Shown: positions 7,942-17,930, counted from the first letter of the stretch. The stretch: 32,000 nt of DNA from Candidatus Saccharimonadota bacterium (GCA_029851105.1 CP099822.1:1-32000), one strand, 5' to 3'. Made by a program: numbers and translations. Notes: a model not told the origin generated them from the sequence alone.

Positions 7942-10554
7942 ATGAAATATAATTTTAAAAAAATTGAAAATAATATAAAAAAAAAATATAAAAAATTTAA
8001 TTTTTTTAATATAAATAAAAAATCAAAAAAAAAATTTTATATATTAAATATGTTCCCTTATCCTTCAGGAAGTGGATTACATGTAGGTCATACTATAGGT
8101 TATATATTTTCAGATATTATTGCAAAATATAAATCTAGTTGTGGTTATAAAATTTTAAATCCTATAGGATTTGATTCTTTTGGATTACCTGCTGAACAAT
8201 ATGCTATTAAAAATAATAAAAGTCCTAATAAAATAATAAAAAAATGTATTAAAAATTATAAAAAACAAATTAAAAAAATTAATATTTTTTTTAATTGGGA
8301 AAAAGAAATAATAACTAGTAAAAGTAATTATTATAAATGGACTCAATGGATTTTTATAAAATTATTTAATTCTTGGTATGATAATAAAAAAAAAAAAGCT
8401 AGAAATATTAAAGTTTTAATTAAAAAATTAATAAATAAAAAAATTAAATATAAAAATAAAATAATAAAATGGAATAAAATTAATTATAAAAAAAAAAATA
8501 AAATATTAAATAATTTTAGATTAATTTTTTTAAAAAAAAGTTATGTTAATTGGTGTCCTAAATTATCTACAGTATTAGCTAATGAAGAAATTAAAAATGG
8601 TAAAAGTATTAGAGGAAATTATAATATAATTATAAAAAAAATGTTACAATGGCATATTAGAATTAAAGTTTATTCTGATAGATTATTAAGAGATTTAAAA
8701 TTATTAAATTGGCCTAAAAATATAAAAAATTCTCAAAAAAAATGGATAGGTAAATATTATTATTATTATTCTTATTTAAGAATAAATAAAAAAAAAATAA
8801 AAATTTATTTTAAAAAAAAAAAAAATTTAAAAAATATAAAAAATATAATTATTAATTATCCATCTTCTAAAGCTAATAAATTTATTAATAATTTAAAAAA
8901 AAAAAAAATTAAAAAATATATTAAAAAAAAAATTAATTTAAATGAAAAATTTAAAATTTTAATTAAAACTAATATTTTAAATGAAAAAAAAAAAAAAATA
9001 AATATATATATAAGTAATTATTTTAATAATAATGATATTAATATTAATAATACTGTAATAAAAACTAATAGTAATAATAAATTTTTCTTTAAAAGAAATA
9101 ATATTTTATTAAATATTTTTAAAGATTTTAATATAAAAAAAATATATATATCTAAAAATAAAAAAAAAAAAAAAATTTTAAAATTAAAAAATATAATTTT
9201 TTCTAGACAAAGATCTTGGGGAGAACCTATTCCTATTTTTTATAAAAAAAAAATACCATTTAATATAAATGAAAAATATTTACCAATAAAATTACCTTAT
9301 AAAAAAAAATATTTTAAATTAAAATATTATAATAAATGGTCATGGGATGATAATAAAAAAAAAATAGTATATAATAAATATTTAAATGAAAAAAAAAAAA
9401 TTTTTAAATTAGATACTAATACTATGTCTAGTATAGCCGGTTCTAATTGGTATTTTATAAGATATATAGATAATAAAAATAAAAAAAAAATTATAGATAA
9501 AAAAAAAGAATTATTTTGGAAAAATGTTGATTTATATATAGGTGGTGCTGAACATACTAATGGTCATTTATTATATTCTAGATTTTGTCAAAAATTTTTA
9601 AAAGATATTAATATTTTAAAATATAAAGAACCTTTTAAAAAATTTATAAATCAAGGTACTATTTTATATAAATCAATTTCTATTTTAAAAATAAAAAATA
9701 AGAATATTTTTATATCATATGATTTAATTAAAAAATATAAAAATAAAATAAAATATAAATATATAAAAAATAAATATTTAAAAAAAAAAAATGAATTAAA
9801 TATAAAAAAATTTAAAAAAAAATATAAAAAATATAAATTTATTAAAAAAAAAAAATTTATATGTTATTTAAAATTAGAAAAAATGTCTAAATCAAAATTA
9901 AATATAATTAATCCTATTAAAATTATTAATCAATATGGTATTGATACATTTAGATTATATCAAATTTTTATTGGTCCTTTTAATAAAAAAAAAATATGGA
10001 ATATAAAAAATATAAAAGGAATTTATAAATTCTTAAAAAGAATATGGTTTTATTTTAAAAAAAATAAAAAAAAAATAAAAAATAAAAAACCATTAATAAT
10101 AGAAAAATATTATATTAATGATTTAATTAAAAAAATTAAATTTAATTATTTAAATTTAAATTTAAATACTTCAATTAGTTTTTTTATGATTACATTTAAT
10201 TTTTTTATTAAAAATAAATGTATAAATAAAATTATTTTAGAAAAATTTTTAATAATATTTTCGGCTTTTGCACCTTTTATATCAGAAATGATTTGGTTTT
10301 TATTAAAAAATAAAAATAGTATTTTTTATGAAAAATTTCCAAAATTAAATATAAAATATTTAAAAAAAAAAAAAATAAAATATATAATTATGATAAATAA
10401 TAAAAAAAAAATAATAATTTATATTAAAAAAAAATATAATAATAAAAATTATATTTTATATAAATTAAAAAATAATATTTTTTTTAAAAAAAAAATTAAA
10501 AAAATAAAAAAAATTATTTTTATAAAAAATAAAATATTAAATTTATTAATTTAA
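7942..10554 (+). CDS. leuS: Leucyl-tRNA synthetase (start corrected to the internal ATG; CP1 region eroded)
   Basis: MFPYPSGSGLHVGH (HIGH motif), WIG..., SRQRSWGEPIPIFY, GGAEHTNGHLLYSRF, KMSKSK. The first 24 codons of the track ORF (7870..7941) overlap tRNA-Thr and are non-homologous, so MKYNFKKIENN at 7942 is the likely start. Confidence 0.9.
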   Translation: MKYNFKKIENNIKKKYKKFNFFNINKKSKKKFYILNMFPYPSGSGLHVGHTIGYIFSDIIAKYKSSCGYKILNPIGFDSFGLPAEQYAIKNNKSPNKIIKKCIKNYKKQIKKINIFFNWEKEIITSKSNYYKWTQWIFIKLFNSWYDNKKKKARNIKVLIKKLINKKIKYKNKIIKWNKINYKKKNKILNNFRLIFLKKSYVNWCPKLSTVLANEEIKNGKSIRGNYNIIIKKMLQWHIRIKVYSDRLLRDLKLLNWPKNIKNSQKKWIGKYYYYYSYLRINKKKIKIYFKKKKNLKNIKNIIINYPSSKANKFINNLKKKKIKKYIKKKINLNEKFKILIKTNILNEKKKKINIYISNYFNNNDININNTVIKTNSNNKFFFKRNNILLNIFKDFNIKKIYISKNKKKKKILKLKNIIFSRQRSWGEPIPIFYKKKIPFNINEKYLPIKLPYKKKYFKLKYYNKWSWDDNKKKIVYNKYLNEKKKIFKLDTNTMSSIAGSNWYFIRYIDNKNKKKIIDKKKELFWKNVDLYIGGAEHTNGHLLYSRFCQKFLKDINILKYKEPFKKFINQGTILYKSISILKIKNKNIFISYDLIKKYKNKIKYKYIKNKYLKKKNELNIKKFKKKYKKYKFIKKKKFICYLKLEKMSKSKLNIINPIKIINQYGIDTFRLYQIFIGPFNKKKIWNIKNIKGIYKFLKRIWFYFKKNKKKIKNKKPLIIEKYYINDLIKKIKFNYLNLNLNTSISFFMITFNFFIKNKCINKIILEKFLIIFSAFAPFISEMIWFLLKNKNSIFYEKFPKLNIKYLKKKKIKYIIMINNKKKIIIYIKKKYNNKNYILYKLKNNIFFKKKIKKIKKIIFIKNKILNLLI

Positions 10555-11055
10555 TTTAATTTTATATTTATATATATTTATTATATAACATAAAGCTACA
10601 CCTAAACTATCACTAAAATCAAAATTTTTACTATAATTTAATTTTTTATTAAATATTTTTTCTAATTTTTTTTTTAAATCTTTTTTTGTAGAATTACCAT
10701 ATCCAGTAATTAATAATTTAATTGTTTTAGGAGAATATTCAATAATTGATAATTTTTTATGAATAGCAGCAAAAATAATTGAACTTTGACATTGTATTAA
10801 TCTTTTTAAAGATTTTACATTTTTACCTAAAAAAGTAGATTCCATTACTAATATATTAGGATTATATAATTTTATTATTTTTTTTATTTTTAAATAAATT
10901 ATATTCATTTTATTTAAATAATTTTTTTCTTTTTTTAAATTTATTTCTTTAATATATAAAATATTTAATTTATTATTTTTAATTTCTAAAATTGATAATC
11001 CTGTTATATTAAATCCTGGATCTATCCCCATTATTATTTTTTTTTTTATTTTCAT
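10546..11055 (-). CDS. ruvC: Holliday junction resolvase RuvC
   Basis: IMGIDPG (catalytic Asp), LVMESTF (Glu), DFSDSLGVALC (DxxD). 169 aa. Its 3' end overlaps the leuS 3' end by 9 nt. Confidence 0.8.
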   Translation of the reverse strand: MKIKKKIIMGIDPGFNITGLSILEIKNNKLNILYIKEINLKKEKNYLNKMNIIYLKIKKIIKLYNPNILVMESTFLGKNVKSLKRLIQCQSSIIFAAIHKKLSIIEYSPKTIKLLITGYGNSTKKDLKKKLEKIFNKKLNYSKNFDFSDSLGVALCYIINIYKYKIKLN

Positions 11056-11139
11056 AATAATAATTATTATAATTATAATAAATAATTAAATTATATATAA
11101 TAAATAAAAATTATATTTAATAAAAATTAAAAAATATAA

Positions 11140-13455
11140 ATGATAAAAAAATTTAATTTTTTTTTAAAAAAATATATATATATTTTACCTATTAAAAATA
11201 TAATTTTATTCCCTGGATTAATTTTACCTTTAATAATAAGTAAAAGTAAAAATATTAATTTAATAAAAAAAATTTATAAAAAAAATAAAACAATAGGTAT
11301 AATAACTAAAAAAAATAAATATAAAATATATAATATAGGTACTATAGGATATATAATAAAAATTTTTAGTATGCCTAATAATAATTTAACAGTTATTTTA
11401 CAAGGTAAAATAAGATTTAAAATTATTAAATTATTTTTTTTTAAAAAATTTTTTTTTTCTAAAATTAAAATATTAAATTATTTTTTTTTAAAAAAAAAAT
11501 ATTTTTTTTTTATTTTAGAATTAATTAAAAGTTTATCAAAAAAAATTATTAATAATAATTTTATATCTTTTTTAAATAAAAAATTTAATTTTAAAAAAAT
11601 TAATAATATTATTTTTTTAATTTATTATGTAACTATTAATATTAATATATCTATTAAAAAAAAACAAATTATTTTAATTCAAAATAATATAATTAAAAAA
11701 TCTTTAATTTTATTAAAATATTTAAATATTGAATATAAAAAAATAAAAATTAAAAATTTAATACAAATAAAAATAAAAAAAAAAATAATATTACAACAAA
11801 AAAAATATTTTTTAGAACAACAAATAAAAATTTTACAAAAAGAATTAAATAAAAAAAATTATAATAATGAAATTAATAATTTAAAAAAAAAATCATTTAA
11901 AAAAAAATGGTCTAATGAAGCTAATAAAAAATTTAATATAGAAATATCTAAATTAGAATTTATTAATAGGCAACAATATGAATATAATATAATTAAAAAT
12001 TATTTAATTTTTTTATTAGATTTACCTTGGTATAAATATTCTAATGATAATTTTAATTTTAAAAGAGCTATAAAAATTTTAAATAAAAATCATTATGGTT
12101 TAGAAAAAGTTAAAAATAGAATATTAGAATATTTATCAGTATTAAAATTTAAAAAAAAAAAATATATTAAATCACCTATATTATGTTTTTTAGGTCCACC
12201 AGGTGTAGGGAAAACTTCATTAGGTAAATCTATTTCAAAAGTTTTATGTAGAAAATATGTAAGAATATCTTTAGGTGGAATTCATGATGAATCTATTATA
12301 AGAGGTCATAGAAAAACTTATATAGGAGCAATGCCTGGTAGAATATTACAATTAATAAAAAAAGCTGGTACTTCAAATCCTATTTTTATTTTAGATGAAA
12401 TAGATAAATTAAATATTAGTAATAATGGTGATCCTTCATCAGCTATGTTAGAAGTTTTAGATCCAGAACAAAATAAATATTTTTATGATAATTATTTAGA
12501 AATAAATTATGATTTATCTAAAATTTTTTTTATAGCTACTGCAAATAATATTAATAATATAAATAATGCTTTATTAGATAGAATGGAAATAATTAATATA
12601 AATGGTTATTCAATAGAAGAAAAAGTTAAAATAGTAAATAAAATTTTATTACCTAAAATATTAAAAAATAATAAATTAAAAAAAAAAAATTTTATTTTAA
12701 AAAAAAAAAATATAAAAAAAATAATAATAAATTATACTTATGAAAGTGGTATTAGAAATTTAGAAAGATGTATTTCTAAATTAGTTAATTTTATAATTAA
12801 AAATATAGTAATATATAAAAAATATATTAAAAATATTAATTCTAATATAATAGAAAAAGTATTAGGTTATAAAAATAACCTAATAAAATATAAAAAAATA
12901 AAATTACCTGGTATAAGTATAGGATTAGCATGGACTAATTTTGGTGGGGATATTATTTATATAGAATCAGTTTTATTAAAAAGTAATATTAAAAATAATG
13001 GTGGTAATTTAAGTATAACAGGTAATATAGGTAAAATAATGAAAGAATCAGCTATATTAGCTTTTAATTATATTAAAGCTAATTATAAACTATTAAAAAT
13101 AAATTTTAATTTATTACAAAAATATAATATACATTTACATATACCTGAAGGATCTATACCTAAAGATGGACCATCAGCAGGAATTTCTATATTAATATCT
13201 TTTATTTCTTTATTTAAAAAAAAAAAAATAAAATCTTTTTTAGCTATGACTGGAGAAATTACATTAAAAGGTAAAGTTTTAGAAGTAGGTGGAATAAAAG
13301 AAAAAATATTAGCTGCTAAAAGATCATCAATTAAAAGAATAATATTACCTTATAATAATAAAAAAAATTTATTAAATATAAAAAAAAAAAATTTATTAGG
13401 ATTAAAATTTAATTTTGTAAAAAAAATTGAAGAAGTTATTAAATTATCTTTTTAA
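11140..13455 (+). CDS. lon: ATP-dependent Lon protease
   Basis: LPIKNIILFPG in the N-domain, GPPGVGKTSLGKSI (Walker A), FILDEIDKL (Walker B), PKDGPSAGISIL (catalytic Ser), GGIKEKILAAKR (Lys). Confidence 0.92.
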   Translation: MIKKFNFFLKKYIYILPIKNIILFPGLILPLIISKSKNINLIKKIYKKNKTIGIITKKNKYKIYNIGTIGYIIKIFSMPNNNLTVILQGKIRFKIIKLFFFKKFFFSKIKILNYFFLKKKYFFFILELIKSLSKKIINNNFISFLNKKFNFKKINNIIFLIYYVTININISIKKKQIILIQNNIIKKSLILLKYLNIEYKKIKIKNLIQIKIKKKIILQQKKYFLEQQIKILQKELNKKNYNNEINNLKKKSFKKKWSNEANKKFNIEISKLEFINRQQYEYNIIKNYLIFLLDLPWYKYSNDNFNFKRAIKILNKNHYGLEKVKNRILEYLSVLKFKKKKYIKSPILCFLGPPGVGKTSLGKSISKVLCRKYVRISLGGIHDESIIRGHRKTYIGAMPGRILQLIKKAGTSNPIFILDEIDKLNISNNGDPSSAMLEVLDPEQNKYFYDNYLEINYDLSKIFFIATANNINNINNALLDRMEIININGYSIEEKVKIVNKILLPKILKNNKLKKKNFILKKKNIKKIIINYTYESGIRNLERCISKLVNFIIKNIVIYKKYIKNINSNIIEKVLGYKNNLIKYKKIKLPGISIGLAWTNFGGDIIYIESVLLKSNIKNNGGNLSITGNIGKIMKESAILAFNYIKANYKLLKINFNLLQKYNIHLHIPEGSIPKDGPSAGISILISFISLFKKKKIKSFLAMTGEITLKGKVLEVGGIKEKILAAKRSSIKRIILPYNNKKNLLNIKKKNLLGLKFNFVKKIEEVIKLSF

Positions 13456-13483
13456 AATAAAAATTATTTATTTTTAAAAAAAA

Positions 13484-15169
13484 ATGAAAAAAAAATATAT
13501 TATTACAGCAGCATTTCCATATACTAATGGATATATACATATAGGGCATTTATCAGGTGTATTTATACCTGCTGATATTTATTCTAGATATTTAAGAAGT
13601 ATTAAAAAAAAAATAATATTTATTTCAGGTTCTGATGAATATGGTACTTCTATTTTAATTAAATCTTTAAAAGAAAAAAAAAATAAAAAAAAATTAATTG
13701 ATAAATATCATTTTTATATTAAAAAATATTTATCAAAATTTAATATTTCATTAGATAATTATTATAGAACATCAGATAAATTACATCATAATTTATCTAA
13801 AAAAATATTTAAAAAATTATTTTTTAAAAATTTTTTTATTAAGAAAAAAAAATATCAATATTATGATAATTATTATAAATTATTTTTAGCTGATAAATAT
13901 ATAAAAGGTACATGTCCTTATTGTAAAAATAATGATAGTTTATATAATCAATGTTATAAATGTGGTAAAATAATTAAAAAATATGAATTATTAAATCCTA
14001 TTTCTATTTTAAGTAAAAAAAAACCTATATTAAAATTAACATATAATTTTTATATATCATTTGAAAAAAATAAAAAAATAATTAAAAATATTATTAATAA
14101 TTTTAAAAAAAGAAAAGTAAAAAAAAATGTAATTAATACTATGATTTCTTTTTTAAAAAAAAATTTATTAGAAGAAAGATCTATAACTAGAGATTTAAAT
14201 TGGGGAATAAAATTACCTATAAAAAAAAATAAAAAATTTAAAAAAAAAGTTTTATATGTATGGTTCGAATCTTTAATAGGTTATTTATCTTGTACTATAG
14301 ATTGGGCTAAAAAAAATAATAAAAAATGGCAAAAATATTGGAAAAATAAAAATAATATTTTAATAAATTTTATTGGTAAAGATAATATTATTTTTCATAG
14401 TATATTATTACCTATAATTTATAAAAATTTTAATAAAAAATTAATTATACCATATAATATACCTGCTAATGAATTTTTAAATTTTAAAAAAAAAAAAATT
14501 TCTAAATCTAAATCTAAAAAAAATAATATTTATTTACATGATTTTTTAAAATTTTTCCCTAAAATGCAAGATTCTTTAAGATATAGTTTAATAATGGATA
14601 TGCCAGAAAAAAAAGATACTAATTTTACATGGGAAAAATTTGTATTATATAATAATTCAATATTAGTAGGAATTTTAGGTAATTTTTTAAATAGAGTTAT
14701 TATATTTATAAATAAATATTTTAATAATAAAATACCTAAACCTAAAAAAATAGAAAAAGAAGATTTAATTTTTTTAAAAAAAATTAAAAAATATCCTATT
14801 AAAATTTGTAAATTAATTAAAAAATTTAAATTTAGATTATCATTATGTAAATTTATTGAATTATCTAGATTAGGTAATAAATATTTATCTGATAAAAAAC
14901 CTTGGGATTTTAAAAAAAAAAATATAAATAAAATTAAAAAAGTAATTTATATATCTTCTCAAATAATGGGTATTATTACTCATATATCTTATATTTTTTT
15001 ACCTAGAACTAATAAAAAACTTTTAAATATACTTAATATTAAAAAATGTAATATTAATAATTTATTAAAATTAAAAGTAATATTACCTTTTAATCATAAG
15101 ATAAAAAAAGCTAAATTATTATTTAAAAAAATTATTATTTTAAAAAAAAATGATAAAAAAAAAATTTAG
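13484..15169 (+). CDS. metG: Methionyl-tRNA synthetase (short form)
   Basis: AFPYTNGYIHIGHL (HIGH motif), zinc knuckle CPYCK...CYKCG, KISKSKS (KMSKS-like), YVWFESLIGY. Confidence 0.9.
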   Translation: MKKKYIITAAFPYTNGYIHIGHLSGVFIPADIYSRYLRSIKKKIIFISGSDEYGTSILIKSLKEKKNKKKLIDKYHFYIKKYLSKFNISLDNYYRTSDKLHHNLSKKIFKKLFFKNFFIKKKKYQYYDNYYKLFLADKYIKGTCPYCKNNDSLYNQCYKCGKIIKKYELLNPISILSKKKPILKLTYNFYISFEKNKKIIKNIINNFKKRKVKKNVINTMISFLKKNLLEERSITRDLNWGIKLPIKKNKKFKKKVLYVWFESLIGYLSCTIDWAKKNNKKWQKYWKNKNNILINFIGKDNIIFHSILLPIIYKNFNKKLIIPYNIPANEFLNFKKKKISKSKSKKNNIYLHDFLKFFPKMQDSLRYSLIMDMPEKKDTNFTWEKFVLYNNSILVGILGNFLNRVIIFINKYFNNKIPKPKKIEKEDLIFLKKIKKYPIKICKLIKKFKFRLSLCKFIELSRLGNKYLSDKKPWDFKKKNINKIKKVIYISSQIMGIITHISYIFLPRTNKKLLNILNIKKCNINNLLKLKVILPFNHKIKKAKLLFKKIIILKKNDKKKI

Positions 15170-15944
15170 TCAAATTTTTTTAAAAAATAATTTAATAGTT
15201 TATAAAATAATTAATATTATTTTAAAAAATAATATTAAAAATAAAAATTGCATACTAGAAATAGGTCCTGGATTAGGTATAATAAGTAAAAAAATAATAA
15301 AATTATATAAAAAATTTTTATTAATAGAAATAGATAAAAAATTAGTAAAATATATTAAAAAAAAATTTTTAAAAAAAAAAAATAAAAAAAAAATATTAAA
15401 TAAAAATATTTTAAATTGTAAATTAAAAAAATTAGGATTTAAAAAATATTTTTTAATAGGTAATTTACCATATAATATATCATCTAAAATAATTTTATGG
15501 ATTATAAATAATAGAAAATATATAAAAAAATGTATATTTATGTTACAAAAAGAATTTGTTGATAGTTTAATTTGTAAAAAAGGTAAAAAAAAAACAAAAT
15601 TATCTTTTTATTTACAATTTTTTTTTAAAATTAAAAAATTATTTAATATTAATAAAAAAAATTTTAATCCTATTCCTAAAGTAAATTCTAGTTTAATAAA
15701 AATTAAATTTTTTAATAAAAATATAAAATTATTAAAAAAAAATAAAATAAAAAAAAAAAAATTTTTTAATTTTATAAAAAAATGTTTTTTATATAAAAGA
15801 AAAATAATTAAAAATAATTTAATAAAATATTTTAATTTTAAAAAAATTAAAATATATAAAAATAATTTATTTTTAAAAAGAGCTGAAGAATTATCTAACA
15901 AAAATTTTATAAAAATTTATAAATTTTTTTTTAAAAAAAAATGA
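15150..15944 (+). CDS. rsmA: 16S rRNA (adenine1518/1519-N6)-dimethyltransferase
   Basis: FSQIFLKN (resembling GQNFL), ILEIGPGLGIIS (SAM site), GNLPYNISS. Overlaps metG by 20 nt. Confidence 0.85.
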   Translation: MIKKKFSQIFLKNNLIVYKIINIILKNNIKNKNCILEIGPGLGIISKKIIKLYKKFLLIEIDKKLVKYIKKKFLKKKNKKKILNKNILNCKLKKLGFKKYFLIGNLPYNISSKIILWIINNRKYIKKCIFMLQKEFVDSLICKKGKKKTKLSFYLQFFFKIKKLFNINKKNFNPIPKVNSSLIKIKFFNKNIKLLKKNKIKKKKFFNFIKKCFLYKRKIIKNNLIKYFNFKKIKIYKNNLFLKRAEELSNKNFIKIYKFFFKKK

Positions 15945-16537
15945 AATTATGTTTAATTAAATCTTTAATAAAAAAAAAAGATAATAATATTTTTTTTTTA
16001 TTAAAAAAATTTAATATTAAAATTATTATAACAAATAATAAAAAAAAAATTATAAAATCAGATAAAATAATTATATATATATCTAATAAAATTAGTATTA
16101 AAAAATCTATAAAAATAATTAAAAAAAAAAAATTAGATAATGTTATTTTAAATTTAAAACAACCAATATTAGGTATATCTAATGGATTAAATATTTTATG
16201 TTCTAATTTTAGAAAAATTAAATGTTTAAATATATTTAAAAATATTAAAATTAAAATTTTTAAAAAAAAAAATATTGGATGGTATAAAGTATATCATAAT
16301 AATGATGAAAAATTATTTTCAAATATTAAAAATAATAATTTTTATCAATATTTTTTAAATAAATATTATATACCAATAGGTGCTTATTGTATCTCACATA
16401 CTAATAATATTATAACTTATAGTTCAGCTTTAAAAAGAAAAAATTTTTATGGTATACAATTTAATCCAGAATTATCTGGTTATAATGGATTTAAAATTAT
16501 TAAAAACTTTTTATTTAAAATAAAAAATGAAAATTAA
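15941..16537 (+). CDS. Class-I glutamine amidotransferase, HisH-like, catalytic triad substituted (probable pseudoenzyme or relic)
   Basis: Collinear with the HisH pattern: PILGISNGLN (vs GICLGMQ), GWYKV (vs GWN.v), FYQYFLNKYY (vs fYFVHSY), GIQFNPELSG..G..IIKNFL (vs QFHPEKS...G..ll.nFl). Cys is replaced by Ser (TCT 16178..16180) and His by Asn (AAT 16463..16465). Confidence 0.6.
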   Translation: MKLCLIKSLIKKKDNNIFFLLKKFNIKIIITNNKKKIIKSDKIIIYISNKISIKKSIKIIKKKKLDNVILNLKQPILGISNGLNILCSNFRKIKCLNIFKNIKIKIFKKKNIGWYKVYHNNDEKLFSNIKNNNFYQYFLNKYYIPIGAYCISHTNNIITYSSALKRKNFYGIQFNPELSGYNGFKIIKNFLFKIKNEN

Positions 16538-17930
16538 AAAAAAAAAATATAAATATGGATTTACTACAAACATAGAATCTAATACTTTACCATTAGGATT
16601 AAATAAAAATATAATTAAAAAAATATCTAAAATTAAAAATGAACCTAAATGGATAAAAAAATTAAGAATTAAATCTTATTATTATTGGAAAAAAATTAAA
16701 AAATATCCTAAATGGTCTAACTTAAATTATAAAAAAATAAATTTTAATTTTATTAGTTATTTTTCTGAAATAATTAAAAAAGAAAAAAAAATAGAAAATA
16801 ATAAAAATATTATTAAAACATTTAATAAATTAGGTATACCTATTAATAAAAATATTAAAAATGTTTCAATAGATTATATTTTTGATTCTAGTAGTATAAA
16901 AACTACTTATAATAAAATTTTAAAAAAATATGGTATTATTTTTTGTTCTTTTAGTAAAGCAATAAAAAAATATAGTAAATTAATAAAAAAATATATGGGT
17001 ACTGTAGTACCTTATAATGATAATTTTTATTCTGCTTTAAATACTTCTGTTTTTTCTGATGGTTCTTTTTGTTATATTCCTAAAAATGTAAAATGTCCTA
17101 TTGATTTATCTACATATTTTAGAATAAATAATAATTTAATAGGTCAATTTGAAAGAACTTTAATAATAGTAGATGAAAATTCATCTTTAAATTATTTAGA
17201 AGGTTGTACAGCACCTATTAGAAATAATAATCAAATGCATGCTGCTGTAGTAGAATTAATAGCATTAAAAAATGCTAAAATAAAATATTCTACTATTCAA
17301 AATTGGTATCCAGGTAATAAAAGAGGTAAAGGTGGTATATATAATTTTGTTACTAAAAGAGGATTATGTCATAAAAACGCTAAAATTACTTGGATACAAG
17401 TAGAAACAGGATCAGCTATAACTTGGAAATATCCATCTTGTATTTTAAAAGGTAATAATTCAATAGGAGAATTTAAATCTATTTCTTTAACTAAAAATTA
17501 TCAACAAATAGATACTGGTAGTAAAATGATTCATATAGGTAAAAATACTAAAAGTATTATAATTTCTAAAGCTATATGTACTGATAATTCTATTAATACA
17601 TATAGAGGATTAGTTAAAATTAATAAAAAGGCTATTAATTCTAAAAATTATACTCAATGTGATTCATTATTAATAGGGAATAAATGTATATCATATACTT
17701 TACCTTATATTATAAATATGAATTCATCAAAAATAGAACATGAATCTACAATTTCTAAAATTGAAAAAGAACAAATATTTTATTGTAATCAAAGAGGATT
17801 AAATAATGAAAAAGCTATGTCTATAATAGTTAGTGGTTTTAGTGCTGATATTATTAATGAATTACCATTAGAATTTGTTTTAGAAGCTAAAGAATTATTA
17901 AATTTAAAATTAAAAAATACAATAGGTTAA
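16527..17930 (+). CDS. sufB: Fe-S cluster assembly scaffold SufB
   Basis: Strongly conserved C-terminal two thirds: FERTLIIVDENSSLNYLEGCTAP, IQNWYPG, GIYNFVTKRG, TWIQVETGSAITWKYPS, HIGKNTKS. Confidence 0.93.
   Translation: MKIKKKKYKYGFTTNIESNTLPLGLNKNIIKKISKIKNEPKWIKKLRIKSYYYWKKIKKYPKWSNLNYKKINFNFISYFSEIIKKEKKIENNKNIIKTFNKLGIPINKNIKNVSIDYIFDSSSIKTTYNKILKKYGIIFCSFSKAIKKYSKLIKKYMGTVVPYNDNFYSALNTSVFSDGSFCYIPKNVKCPIDLSTYFRINNNLIGQFERTLIIVDENSSLNYLEGCTAPIRNNNQMHAAVVELIALKNAKIKYSTIQNWYPGNKRGKGGIYNFVTKRGLCHKNAKITWIQVETGSAITWKYPSCILKGNNSIGEFKSISLTKNYQQIDTGSKMIHIGKNTKSIIISKAICTDNSINTYRGLVKINKKAINSKNYTQCDSLLIGNKCISYTLPYIINMNSSKIEHESTISKIEKEQIFYCNQRGLNNEKAMSIIVSGFSADIINELPLEFVLEAKELLNLKLKNTIG

Noticed and set aside
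13484-15169. MetRS lacking the C-terminal tRNA-binding (Trbp111-like) domain as an anomaly
   Set aside because: Short-form MetRS enzymes of about 510-560 aa are common in bacteria, so this is not informative without comparison to close relatives.
15608-15901. 97-aa minus-strand ORF in the track
   Set aside because: It lies entirely antisense to rsmA. Its F/L/I/K-only composition is the mirror image of Lys/Asn-rich sense codons, and it has no recognisable motif. It is an artefact of stop-poor AT-rich antisense frames.
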